Shown one piece after another: positions 27,847 to 36,614 of a stretch of 64,000 nucleotides of DNA. This stretch comes from Prevotella sp. (GTDB lineage: Bacteria > Bacteroidota > Bacteroidia > Bacteroidales > Bacteroidaceae), in contig SUYI01000007.1 of assembly GCA_015060485.1 (NCBI GenBank), forward strand, positions 39,239 to 103,238. Reading direction: 5' to 3'. The notes under the pieces were generated by a model. The model saw only the letters and a program-made list of their open reading frames with translations, had not been told where the DNA came from and did not search any database. The position numbers and the translations under genes are program-made. The first letter of the stretch is position 1; each line of letters opens with the position of its first letter.

Positions 27847-27976
27847 GGGGGGAAGGTGGGGAAGGTGTTTCCTTAGGGGATTAGAAAATAAATCATAAAT
27901 CACCGTGTAAATTTGCAAAGTGATTTACGATTTGTTTTATCAAATACATAGAAATCTCCTTCCCCGCCTTCCCCCC
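27847..27976. repeat. 19-bp G-rich/C-rich inverted repeat enclosing about 92 nt, followed by a T-run
   Basis: ggggggaaggtggggaagg (27847-27865) pairs with ccttccccgccttcccccc (27958-27976), perfect apart from one G-U position. There is an inner hairpin aaatcac/gtgattt. tttttat follows. Confidence 0.8.
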
Positions 27977-28013
27977 TTTTTATACTATCCGCCATGCGAT
28001 ACGGCACAAAACA

Positions 28014-28068
28014 CCCTTTAGTATAAGGGTAGAGCCCCTTTAGTATGATACCAGACACCCTTTAGTAT
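28014..28068. repeat. three direct repeats of ccctttagtat with exact 22-bp phasing
   Basis: Starts at 28014, 28036 and 28058. They lie about 80-135 nt upstream of the thrS promoter box. Confidence 0.85.
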
Positions 28069-28149
28069 CATACTAAACGCCGAACTGGGGAAACTGACAA
28101 AAGTCGGTAAGTTTTTTGGTTTTTATTTGGCTCTTTGCTTGCTTTTTTG

Positions 28150-28157
28150 TAATTTTG
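28150..28157 (+). promoter_or_regulatory. -7 box TAATTTTG for thrS
   Basis: ttgTAATTTTGtcg, 34 nt before the ATG at 28191. Confidence 0.5.
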
Positions 28158-28190
28158 TCGCCGTTTTAAATTCAAACATATATTGTAGAT

Positions 28191-30134
28191 ATGATTAACA
28201 TTACTTTTCCAGACGGATCTGTTCGCTCGTATGAGCAGGGCGTGACTGGCTATCAGATTGCAGAGAGCATCTCGCCGGCTCTCGCACGCAGCGTTGTAAG
28301 TTGCGGAGTAAACGGTGAGACCGTAGAGCTGAACCGTCCCATCAACGAGGACGCAACGATTGCACTCTACAAGTTCGACGACGAGCAGGGTAAGCACACC
28401 TTCTGGCACACCTCGGCCCACCTGTTGGCAGAGGCTTTGCAGGAGTTGTATCCCGGCATCCAGTTCGGTTTCGGACCTGCTGTCGAGAATGGCTTCTTCT
28501 ATGACGTGCTGTTGAAGGACGGCGAGATGATCAAGGAGAGCGACTTCCCCAAGATTGAGGCTAAGATGAAGGAGCTGGCCGGCAAGAAGGAGCCAGTGGT
28601 TCGCAAGGAGGTGGCCAAGGCCGACGCGCTGAAGCAGTTTGCTGCCGACGGTCAGACCTACAAGTGCGAGCACATCGACCAGGACTTGGAGGACGGTTCT
28701 ATCACCACCTATACACAGGGTAACTTTACCGACCTCTGTCGTGGTCCGCACCTCGTGGACACGGGTGAGATTAAGGCTGTGAAGCTGACCTCAGTGGCCG
28801 GTGCTTTCTGGCGTGGCGATGCCAACCGTGAGCAGATGCAGCGTTTGTATGGTATCTCGTTTCCCAAGAAGAAGATGTTGGACGAGTATCTCGAGATGTT
28901 GGAAGAGGCCAAGAAGCGCGACCATCGTAAGATTGGCAAGGAGATGGAACTCTTCATGTTCTCGGACAAGGTAGGCAAGGGTCTGCCCATCTGGTTGCCG
29001 AAGGGTACGGAGCTCCGTCTGCGCCTGCAGGACCACTTGCGTAAGGTTCAGAAACGTTTTGGTTATCAGGAAGTTATTACTCCACATATTGGATCCAAAA
29101 ATCTCTATGTCACGTCTGGTCACTATGCCCACTACGGCAAGGATTCGTTCCAGCCCATCCATACCCCTGAGGAGGATGAGGAGTACATGCTGAAGCCCAT
29201 GAACTGCCCACACCACTGCGAGATATTCGCTTGGAAGCCCCGTTCATACCGCGACCTGCCGCTGCGTATCGCTGAGTTCGGCACGGTGTACCGCTACGAG
29301 CAGTCGGGCGAGCTGCACGGACTGACCCGTGTCCGCTCGTTCACGCAGGACGATGCCCACCTGTTCTGTCGTCCAGACCAGGTGAAGCAGGAGTTCCTGA
29401 ACGTGATGGATATCATCGGCATCGTGCTGACGGCCTTCGGATTCAACTTCGAGGCACAGATTTCGCTGCGCGATCCTAACGACCACGATAAATATGTCGG
29501 TACTGACGAAGACTGGGCACTGGCCGAGAAGGCTATTGTCGAGGCTTGTCAGGAGAAGGGTCTGCCCGCCAAGGTGGAATATGGCGAGGCCGCATTCTAC
29601 GGTCCGAAGCTCGACTTCATGATCAAGGACGCCATTGGTCGTCGTTGGCAGTTGGGTACCATTCAGGTAGACTACAACCTGCCCAAACGCTTCCAGTTGG
29701 AATATACCGACGAGGACAACCAGAAGAAGACGCCTGTCATGATTCACCGTGCACCATTCGGCTCGATGGAGCGTTTCTGTGCTGTGCTCATCGAGCACAC
29801 CAGCGGACACTTCCCCTTGTGGCTCACTCCTGATCAGGTGGCTATCCTCCCATTGTCGGAGAAATATAACGACTACGCTAAGGAAGTGGCTAAGAAGTTC
29901 GACCTGGGTGGCGTGCGTCCGACTATCGACCTGCGTAACGAGAAGCTGGGCCGCAAGATTCGCGACAACGAGCTGAAGCGCATTCCTTATATGGTGATTG
30001 TCGGTGAGAAGGAACAGCAGGACGGTACTGTTGCCGTACGTCCGCAGGGCGGTGGCGAACAGACTGTGATGACTATCCAGGAATTCATCGACCATATCAA
30101 TGCCGAGGTGAAGGAAATGACCAAGGACTTCTAA
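28191..30134 (+). CDS. thrS: threonine--tRNA ligase
   Basis: 647 aa. TGS domain start [18 protein letters not shown] editing motif, class II core ([16 protein letters not shown]) and an anticodon-binding C-terminus. Confidence 0.95.
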   Translation: MINITFPDGSVRSYEQGVTGYQIAESISPALARSVVSCGVNGETVELNRPINEDATIALYKFDDEQGKHTFWHTSAHLLAEALQELYPGIQFGFGPAVENGFFYDVLLKDGEMIKESDFPKIEAKMKELAGKKEPVVRKEVAKADALKQFAADGQTYKCEHIDQDLEDGSITTYTQGNFTDLCRGPHLVDTGEIKAVKLTSVAGAFWRGDANREQMQRLYGISFPKKKMLDEYLEMLEEAKKRDHRKIGKEMELFMFSDKVGKGLPIWLPKGTELRLRLQDHLRKVQKRFGYQEVITPHIGSKNLYVTSGHYAHYGKDSFQPIHTPEEDEEYMLKPMNCPHHCEIFAWKPRSYRDLPLRIAEFGTVYRYEQSGELHGLTRVRSFTQDDAHLFCRPDQVKQEFLNVMDIIGIVLTAFGFNFEAQISLRDPNDHDKYVGTDEDWALAEKAIVEACQEKGLPAKVEYGEAAFYGPKLDFMIKDAIGRRWQLGTIQVDYNLPKRFQLEYTDEDNQKKTPVMIHRAPFGSMERFCAVLIEHTSGHFPLWLTPDQVAILPLSEKYNDYAKEVAKKFDLGGVRPTIDLRNEKLGRKIRDNELKRIPYMVIVGEKEQQDGTVAVRPQGGGEQTVMTIQEFIDHINAEVKEMTKDF

Positions 30135-30243
30135 GCCCTTTCTGCCTAAAAGGGCACAAAAACTAAAAAAATGTAGCAATTATTTGGCGAAATGCTAAAT
30201 ATTTGCTATTTTTGCAAGCAGAAATAACGAAATGCCTTAGCAA

Positions 30244-31395
30244 ATGGAACTGAACGAAAGTTTTGAATCACAGATAAACCGTAGCGACTATAAGATTCTG
30301 ATTGTTGACGATGTGGTCAGTAACGTGCTGCTATTGAAGATATTACTAACCAACGAGAAGTTTCAGGTTTGTACCGCGAACTGTGGCAACGCATGCATCG
30401 AGCAGGCTAAGAACGAGAAGCCTGACTTGATTCTGCTGGACGTGATGATGCCCGATATCACCGGTTTCGATACAGCAGTCATTTTGAAGAAAGATCCGGA
30501 GACGATGGATATCCCCATCATCTTCCTGACAGCATTGAACAATCCCAGCGATTTGGTGAAAGGTTTCCAGGTGGGAGCTAACGACTTCCTGACGAAGCCG
30601 TTCAACAAGGAAGAGCTGGTGATGCGTGTGATGCACCAGATACAGCTGGTGGCCGCCAAGCGCATCATTGTCCGCCAGAACGAGGAACTGAAGCGTACCA
30701 TCTCGAATCGCGACAAAATGTATTCTGTGATTGCCCACGACCTGCGTTCACCAATGGCCAGCATCCGTATGGTGCTGAACCTGGCAGTCAACGTCGTGTC
30801 TCCTGATTCAGTAGGAGAGGAGATATTCGCTCTGTTGGACAAGGCCAACCGTGAGTCGGAAGAGACGCACGATCTGCTGGACAACCTGCTGAAGTGGACG
30901 AAGAGCCAGACGGGCCGTCTGAATGTAGTATATCAGGACGTTGATCTCGACGATGTTGTGCCCGGCGTGGTTGATATCTTCAAGATGATTGCCGAAATGA
31001 AGAGAATCAACTTGCAGTATCTGGCTCCTGAAGAGAAACTGACGGTTCATGCCGACAACGACATGATTAAGACCATTATCCGTAACTTCATATCGAATGC
31101 CGTCAAGTTTACGCCTGAGGATAAGGGCATCGAGGTGTACTACAAACGTGAGGGTGACTTCGCCCGTATTTGCGTGCAGGACCATGGTGTCGGTATTGCT
31201 GCCGACCGCGTGGACAGCATTTTCCATAAGGGTGAGACGACCTATGGTACTGGCGGTGAGGAAGGTTCCGGACTGGGACTTCAGCTCTGTCAGGACTTCG
31301 CCCGCAAGAATGGTGGCGACGCCTATGTGGAATCGAAAGAAGGCGAAGGGTCGGTATTCAGCTTTACCATTCCGCTTAAAAAGGCCGAGGCCTAA
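30244..31395 (+). CDS. hybrid two-component protein: N-terminal receiver domain plus HisKA/HATPase_c kinase core
   Basis: 383 aa. Receiver motifs ILIVDD...DLILLDVMMPDITG...TKP, H-box SVIAHDLRSP, and the G-boxes DHGVGI and GSGLGL. No TM or sensor domain. Confidence 0.8.
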   Translation: MELNESFESQINRSDYKILIVDDVVSNVLLLKILLTNEKFQVCTANCGNACIEQAKNEKPDLILLDVMMPDITGFDTAVILKKDPETMDIPIIFLTALNNPSDLVKGFQVGANDFLTKPFNKEELVMRVMHQIQLVAAKRIIVRQNEELKRTISNRDKMYSVIAHDLRSPMASIRMVLNLAVNVVSPDSVGEEIFALLDKANRESEETHDLLDNLLKWTKSQTGRLNVVYQDVDLDDVVPGVVDIFKMIAEMKRINLQYLAPEEKLTVHADNDMIKTIIRNFISNAVKFTPEDKGIEVYYKREGDFARICVQDHGVGIAADRVDSIFHKGETTYGTGGEEGSGLGLQLCQDFARKNGGDAYVESKEGEGSVFSFTIPLKKAEA

Positions 31396-31400
31396 ATGAA

Positions 31401-31447
31401 AAATGAGAAATGAGGAATGAGAAATTCTCATTCCTCATTTCTCATTT
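31401..31447. terminator. perfect 23-bp hairpin (aaatgagaaatgaggaatgagaa / reverse complement) between convergent genes
   Basis: Arms are 31401-31423 and 31425-31447, built from aatgaga words. It probably acts as a bidirectional terminator. Confidence 0.65.
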
Positions 31448-31451
31448 GGTT

Positions 31452-32405
31452 TTATTCAGACTTGAATAAATCCTTGATGCCTCCGATGCTTCCCATGAGG
31501 TTGGTAGCTTCGTAGGGCAGGTAGACGGTCTTGGTCTTGTCGCCGGTGGCCAGCTCCTGCAGCATCTGGATGTATTTCTGTGCCAGCAAGTAGTTGGCAG
31601 GATTGGTTGACTTACCCACTGCCTCGGAGATGAGCTCGATGGCCTTGGCTTCAGCCTCTGCCTTGCGGATGCGGGCCTGAGCCTCACCTTCGGCGTGCAG
31701 AATGGCCTGTTGCTTCTGTGCGTCAGCACGGTTGATGATAGCGGTCTTCTCACCTTCGGAAGCCAGAATCTCGGCAGCCTTCTCACCCTCAGAGGTCAGA
31801 ATCTGTGCACGCTTGTTACGCTCAGCCTGCATCTGCTTCTCCATCGCATTCAGCACGGTTGATGGCGGGATGATGTCCTGCAGTTCGACGCGGTTCACCT
31901 TGACGCCCCACTTGTCGGTGGCATCGTCGAGCACGGCGCGCAGCTTGGTATTGATGGTGTCGCGCGAGGTCAGCGTCTCGTCCAGCTCGAGTTCACCGAT
32001 GATGTTACGCAGCGTGGTCTGCGTCAGCTTCTCGATAGCGTTGGGCAGGTTCTGGATTTCGTAGACAGCCTTGAAGGGATCGACAATCTGGAAGTAGAGT
32101 AGGGCATTGATTTCCATCTGGATGTTATCCTTGGTAATCACGTTCTGCGAGGGGAAGTCGTAGACCTGTTCGCGCAAGTCGATAGAGTTGGAGTAGGCGT
32201 AGCGTCCGCGAGTGAGCACCACAATCTCCTTGGCGCGGTCGATGAACGGGATAATGATGTTGATACCAGGATTCAGCGTGGCATAGTAGCGTCCTAAGCG
32301 CTCAATGATGCGGGTTTCCGACTGGGGAATGATTACAAGTGCCATCTTGGCGAAGATAACCACCAGTACAACGATGGCAATCAGTACATAAGTCATAAAT
32401 TCCAT
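31452..32405 (-). CDS. SPFH/band-7 (stomatin-like) protein
   Basis: 317 aa. N-terminal TM helix, SPFH core and an A/E-rich coiled C-terminus. Confidence 0.85.
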   Translation of the reverse strand: MEFMTYVLIAIVVLVVIFAKMALVIIPQSETRIIERLGRYYATLNPGINIIIPFIDRAKEIVVLTRGRYAYSNSIDLREQVYDFPSQNVITKDNIQMEINALLYFQIVDPFKAVYEIQNLPNAIEKLTQTTLRNIIGELELDETLTSRDTINTKLRAVLDDATDKWGVKVNRVELQDIIPPSTVLNAMEKQMQAERNKRAQILTSEGEKAAEILASEGEKTAIINRADAQKQQAILHAEGEAQARIRKAEAEAKAIELISEAVGKSTNPANYLLAQKYIQMLQELATGDKTKTVYLPYEATNLMGSIGGIKDLFKSE

Positions 32406-32415
32406 AGTGTTAATT

Positions 32416-32459
32416 GTTTATTGTTTAATGTTTATTGTTTAATGTTTATTGTTTATTGT
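32416..32459. repeat. tandem 14-bp repeat (gtttattgtttaat) x3
   Basis: It fills the gap between the NfeD stop (32460) and the SPFH start (32405). Confidence 0.9.
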
Positions 32460-32909
32460 TCAAAGCGTTTCCACTGTGATGATGGTACTTTCGCGGCCTA
32501 TCACGCGTACCGTTGTGCCGACGGGTATGTCGGTCGTTGACGGGCTGACGGCTTTCCATAGGTCGCCGTCAATCTGGACGTAGCCATTGCCGCCTACGGT
32601 GATGACTTCGGTGACGCGGCCTGTGCGTCCCAGCAGGGCATCGGCATTGCTGGGTTTGTTGGGCTCGTTCTTGTGCAGATAGCGCAAGGCCACAGGTCTG
32701 ACAAACAGGACGCTCAGTAGCGAGAAGATGGCAAAGATGAAGATTTGCCAGTAGATGCTCAGTCCGAGTACTGCCGAAATGATGGCAAATACGGCGCCAA
32801 TGGAGAAGCAGATGATAAAGAAGTCACCCGACGATAGCTCCAGAATCAGGCAGATGATGGCGATGACGGCCCAGATCTGCCACATGTTTGAAAGGAAATA
32901 CTCAATCAT
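32460..32909 (-). CDS. NfeD family membrane protein
   Basis: 149 aa. TM N-terminal half plus an OB-fold-like C-terminus (GRVTEVITVGGNGYVQIDGDLWKA). This is the classic partner of an SPFH gene. Confidence 0.8.
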   Translation of the reverse strand: MIEYFLSNMWQIWAVIAIICLILELSSGDFFIICFSIGAVFAIISAVLGLSIYWQIFIFAIFSLLSVLFVRPVALRYLHKNEPNKPSNADALLGRTGRVTEVITVGGNGYVQIDGDLWKAVSPSTTDIPVGTTVRVIGRESTIITVETL

Positions 32910-32924
32910 AGTTGTAACTTTTTT

Positions 32925-32966
32925 CGTTATTACGTTATTACGTTATTTCGTTATTTCGGAATTCCG
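32925..32966. repeat. tandem 8-bp repeat (cgttatta/cgttattt) x4 followed by the palindrome cggaattccg
   Basis: Units at 32925, 32933, 32941 and 32949. The palindrome is at 32957-32966. Confidence 0.9.
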
Positions 32967-32967
32967 A

Positions 32968-33483
32968 TTAAATCGAGAGGATGAAGTCGTCCCAGTCCTT
33001 GGTGCTGCCCTTCTTGCCGAAGACCTTCTGGTAGAGTCGGCTTCGTGTGGAAGCGATGCTCTCCTTTGAGTGTGCTGTCAGGGTGGCAATGTCCTTGGGT
33101 TGGATGCGCACCTTGATGAGCAGGCTGACGTGATAGTCTTGTTCGCTCATGCGGTAGAGGCTGAACAGTTTTTCGCTGAAACCGGAGTAAAGCCCGTCGA
33201 CGGCTTCCGTCAGTTCCTGCCAGTCGCCTTGGTTCATGCTCCGTCCGTCGTTCAGGTATTCCTTGATGCGTAGGTAGATGGGTGTGCTGAACAGTGAGGT
33301 GACATCCTGTCGACGGGGTTCAATGACGGCCATCTTCTGCATGGCGTGGATGTTGTCCAGGCGGCTTTGCAGCAATTGTATTTTGCTACGGTGGTTCTGC
33401 AACACTAATATAAATAAGGTGATGTAGAACACGGTGCAGATGATGAGCAAAAACAGCTCGCGGTCGGTCAGTACCATAATCAT
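32968..33483 (-). CDS. membrane-anchored putative HTH regulator (TM helix, coiled coil, small C-terminal HTH-like domain)
   Basis: 171 aa. TM helix FLLIICTVFYITLFILVL. The C-terminus MSEQDYHVSLLIKVRIQPKDIATLTAHSKESIASTRSRLYQKVFG resembles LuxR-like HTH tails of Bacteroidales TPR-TM regulators. Assignment is from memory only. Confidence 0.5.
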   Translation of the reverse strand: MIMVLTDRELFLLIICTVFYITLFILVLQNHRSKIQLLQSRLDNIHAMQKMAVIEPRRQDVTSLFSTPIYLRIKEYLNDGRSMNQGDWQELTEAVDGLYSGFSEKLFSLYRMSEQDYHVSLLIKVRIQPKDIATLTAHSKESIASTRSRLYQKVFGKKGSTKDWDDFILSI

Positions 33484-33536
33484 TTACTATTTGACAATTT
33501 ACGATTTACAATTAATCATTTTTGGTTTTGTTGATG

Positions 33537-33544
33537 CAAAGATA
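33537..33544 (-). promoter_or_regulatory. -7 box TATCTTTG for the 33483 gene
   Basis: The plus strand reads caaagata. Confidence 0.45.
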
Positions 33545-33658
33545 GTAATAAATTGCGTTTCCTGCAAGAAAAATGGTTTGCAAAAATGTGCAAAGGGTAT
33601 TTTGCGAACTTTTGCGAAAGAAATGGCGGAATAATTTGGTATTTTACTTACTATTTCG

Positions 33659-33666
33659 TATATTTG
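33659..33666 (+). promoter_or_regulatory. -7 box TATATTTG for deoD
   Basis: cgTATATTTGcccc, 30 nt before the ATG at 33696. Confidence 0.5.
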
Positions 33667-33695
33667 CCCCGTAATAACTTTAAACTTAAATAAAT

Positions 33696-34403
33696 ATGAG
33701 TAACACTCCGACTCCACACAATGCCGCAAAGTTCGGTGACATTGCCGAGACTGTAATCATGGCGGGCGATCCGCTGCGTGCGAAATTCATGGCCGAGAAC
33801 TTCCTCGAGAACCCTGTGTTGTTTAACAATGTCCGCGGTATGCTGGGCTATACGGGAACGTATAAGGGTAAACCTCTCAGCGTGATGGGGCACGGTATGG
33901 GAATGGCCTCTGTTGGCATTTATACCTACGAGTTGTATAATTTCTATGGTGTGAATACCATCATCCGTGTGGGTTCTGCCGGTTCTATCAACAACGACCT
34001 GCATGTGGGCGACCTGGTCATTGCGATGGGTTGCTGTACCAATTCCAACTATTACAAGCAGTATGAACTGCCTGGTATGTTTGCTCCTATCGCCACGTTC
34101 GAACTGGTGCGTGGTGCTGTCGAAACCTGCGAGCGACTGGGCTATCGCTTCAAGGTGGGTAACGTCGTTACCTCCGATGTGTTCTACCACGAGAATCCCC
34201 ACAACGACAAGTGGATGAGCATGGGTGTGCTGGCTGTCGAGATGGAGATTGCCGCCCTCTACATGAATGCGGCCCATGCCGGCAAACGTGCGCTGGGTAT
34301 CCTGACCATTAGCGACCACCTGTTGACGGGTGAGGTAACTACTGCCGAGGAGCGTCAGAACACCTTTACGAAGATGATGGACGTCGCCTTCTCGCTGATT
34401 TAG
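33696..34403 (+). CDS. deoD: purine nucleoside phosphorylase, DeoD type
   Basis: 235 aa. PGDPLRAKF-like start, GHGMGMAS and EMEIAALY motifs. Confidence 0.9.
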   Translation: MSNTPTPHNAAKFGDIAETVIMAGDPLRAKFMAENFLENPVLFNNVRGMLGYTGTYKGKPLSVMGHGMGMASVGIYTYELYNFYGVNTIIRVGSAGSINNDLHVGDLVIAMGCCTNSNYYKQYELPGMFAPIATFELVRGAVETCERLGYRFKVGNVVTSDVFYHENPHNDKWMSMGVLAVEMEIAALYMNAAHAGKRALGILTISDHLLTGEVTTAEERQNTFTKMMDVAFSLI

Positions 34404-34474
34404 TAATATGAAAGAATAAAAAGAGATAGCCGCCCACAATGAGCGGCTATCATCTTTTTGTTGTTAACGGGGGG

Positions 34475-36535
34475 CTATTTTATCAAGTCCACGCTGCGCT
34501 TCAGGAACTTATCGAGCGCTTCGCCCTTCAGCATACCGTTCTGCAGCAGAGCCAGGTCGATGAGCTGGTGGACAATGTCGTTCTCGGCAGCAAAACTGCT
34601 GAGCACACTTTGCTTCTTGTCCTTCTGTTCCTGGACGGCCTTCTCGCACTCGGCCTTCATGTCCTTGTCGTCCTGGGTCAGTTCGTCGTACTTCTTCTTG
34701 TTCTGCTGTTGCTGGATGGCTGCGAGACGAGCCTCCTGGCCTTTCAGCTCGGCGTCGATAGGCTTCAGGGCTTCAGCGGTAGCCGACTCTGAGTCGGTGA
34801 GCACGCGCTTCACCAAGGGGTGGTCGCTGTTCAGCACGATATTGAATGAGTCGGGCATCTGGCCGTAGAAGTTCATACCTTGCTGGAAGCGGCTCATCTC
34901 CTTCATACGACGCATCCACTCGTTCTGGGTGATGATGACGGGACGGGCCTCGGCGCCGAGGGCGTCAACCTGTACCATGAATTCGGTCTTGTCCATCTTT
35001 GGCATCTGCGACTTGAAGATGGCTGACAAATTGTCAGACTGCTCTTGAGAGAGGTCGCTCTTCTTGGCGTCTTCCTTGACGATGAGGCGGTCGATGATGT
35101 CGCTGTCTACGCGGGTGAAGCGACTCTTCTCGAACTTCTGCTCGAGCGTTTGGATGGTGGGCACGTCGAGCTGGCCGTCGAGCAGCAGCACGCTATAGCC
35201 CTTGTCCTTGGCAGCCTGAATGTACGAGTACTGCTCGTCCTTGTCGGTAGCGTAGAGGTAGATGAGGTTGCCGTCCTTGTCCTTCTGATTGCCCTCGATG
35301 AGTGTCTTGTATTCGTCGAAGGTGAAGTACTTGCCCTCCGTGTCCTTGAAGAGTGCGAACTCTTTGGCGCGGTCGTAGAACGACTCCTCAGAGAGGATGC
35401 CGTAGTTGATGAAGAGCTTCAGGTCGTCCCACTTCTCCTCGTACTGCTTACGGTCTTCCTTGAAGATAGCCTGCAGACGGTCGGCTACCTTCTTGGTGAT
35501 ATACGTCGAAATCTTCTTTACCTCGCGGTCGCTCTGCAAGTAAGAACGGCTTACGTTCAGAGGGATGTCCGGCGAGTCGATGACACCATGCAACAGAGTC
35601 AGGAACTCAGGCACGATGCCCTCCACCTGGTCGGTCACGAACACCTGATTACAGTAGAGCTGAATCTTGTTGCGCTGCAGGTCGATGTTCGACTTAATGC
35701 GGGGGAAATACAGAATACCCGTCAGGTTGAACGGATAGTCGACGTTCAGGTGAATCCAGAACATCGGCTCGTCGCTCATGGGGTACAGCGTGCGATAGAA
35801 CTTCTGGTAGTCCTCGTCCTTTAACGTCGACGGAGTCGACGTCCACAGTGGAGCAACATCGTTTATCAGGTTGTCCTCAGCGGTGTCCACCATCTCCTTC
35901 TTCTCGCTCGACCACTCCTGCTTCTTGCCGAAAGCAATGGGCACCGCCATGAATTTGCAGTACTTTGTCAAGAGCTGCTGAATCTTCTCCTTCTCGAGGA
36001 ACTCCTTGCAGTCGTCGTCCAGATAGAGGATGATGTCAGAACCACGATCCTCCTTCTCGGCATCGTCAATCTCGTAAGCGGGACTGCCGTCGCACGACCA
36101 TTTCACGGCCTTGGCATCGTCCTTGTACGACTTCGTAATAATCTCGACCTTCTTCGATACCATGAAGCTGGAGTAGAAGCCGAGTCCGAAATGGCCGATG
36201 ATGTTGTTGGCGTTGTCCTTATACTTCTCCAGGAAGTCGTTGACGCCCGAGAAGGCAATCTGGTTGATGTACTTGTCAATTTCCTCCTCGGTCATACCGA
36301 TACCTCGGTCTGAGATAGTGATGGTACCCTTGTCCTTGTCCAACGAGACATGAACAGTCAGGTCGCCCAACTCACCCTTGAACTCGCCCTGCTGGGCCAG
36401 CGTCTTCAGTTTCTGCGTGGCGTCGACAGCGTTCGACACCATCTCGCGCAGGAAAATCTCATGATCTGAATAGAGAAACTTTTTGATGACGGGGAAGATG
36501 TTCTCAGTTGTAACCCCGATGTTACCTTTTTGCAT
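34475..36535 (-). CDS. htpG: molecular chaperone HtpG (Hsp90)
   Basis: 686 aa. LYSDHEIFLRE(M)VSNAVDA, GQFGLGFYS-type motif (GHFGLGFYSSF). Confidence 0.95.
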   Translation of the reverse strand: MQKGNIGVTTENIFPVIKKFLYSDHEIFLREMVSNAVDATQKLKTLAQQGEFKGELGDLTVHVSLDKDKGTITISDRGIGMTEEEIDKYINQIAFSGVNDFLEKYKDNANNIIGHFGLGFYSSFMVSKKVEIITKSYKDDAKAVKWSCDGSPAYEIDDAEKEDRGSDIILYLDDDCKEFLEKEKIQQLLTKYCKFMAVPIAFGKKQEWSSEKKEMVDTAEDNLINDVAPLWTSTPSTLKDEDYQKFYRTLYPMSDEPMFWIHLNVDYPFNLTGILYFPRIKSNIDLQRNKIQLYCNQVFVTDQVEGIVPEFLTLLHGVIDSPDIPLNVSRSYLQSDREVKKISTYITKKVADRLQAIFKEDRKQYEEKWDDLKLFINYGILSEESFYDRAKEFALFKDTEGKYFTFDEYKTLIEGNQKDKDGNLIYLYATDKDEQYSYIQAAKDKGYSVLLLDGQLDVPTIQTLEQKFEKSRFTRVDSDIIDRLIVKEDAKKSDLSQEQSDNLSAIFKSQMPKMDKTEFMVQVDALGAEARPVIITQNEWMRRMKEMSRFQQGMNFYGQMPDSFNIVLNSDHPLVKRVLTDSESATAEALKPIDAELKGQEARLAAIQQQQNKKKYDELTQDDKDMKAECEKAVQEQKDKKQSVLSSFAAENDIVHQLIDLALLQNGMLKGEALDKFLKRSVDLIK

Positions 36536-36614
36536 ATACCTTATTATATTTATTTATATTCGTTTGCCGAGGTATCTGCAAATATCGTGCCAAAAGATTA
36601 TTATGGCGACAAAG

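Noticed and set aside
27680-27898. 72-aa ORF MNVTDEHHRLLQRSPRACH...
   Set aside because: It is Arg/Gly-rich low-complexity and runs through the G-rich repeat arm. The overlapping 47-aa frame starting at 27693 gives a far more protein-like TM peptide.
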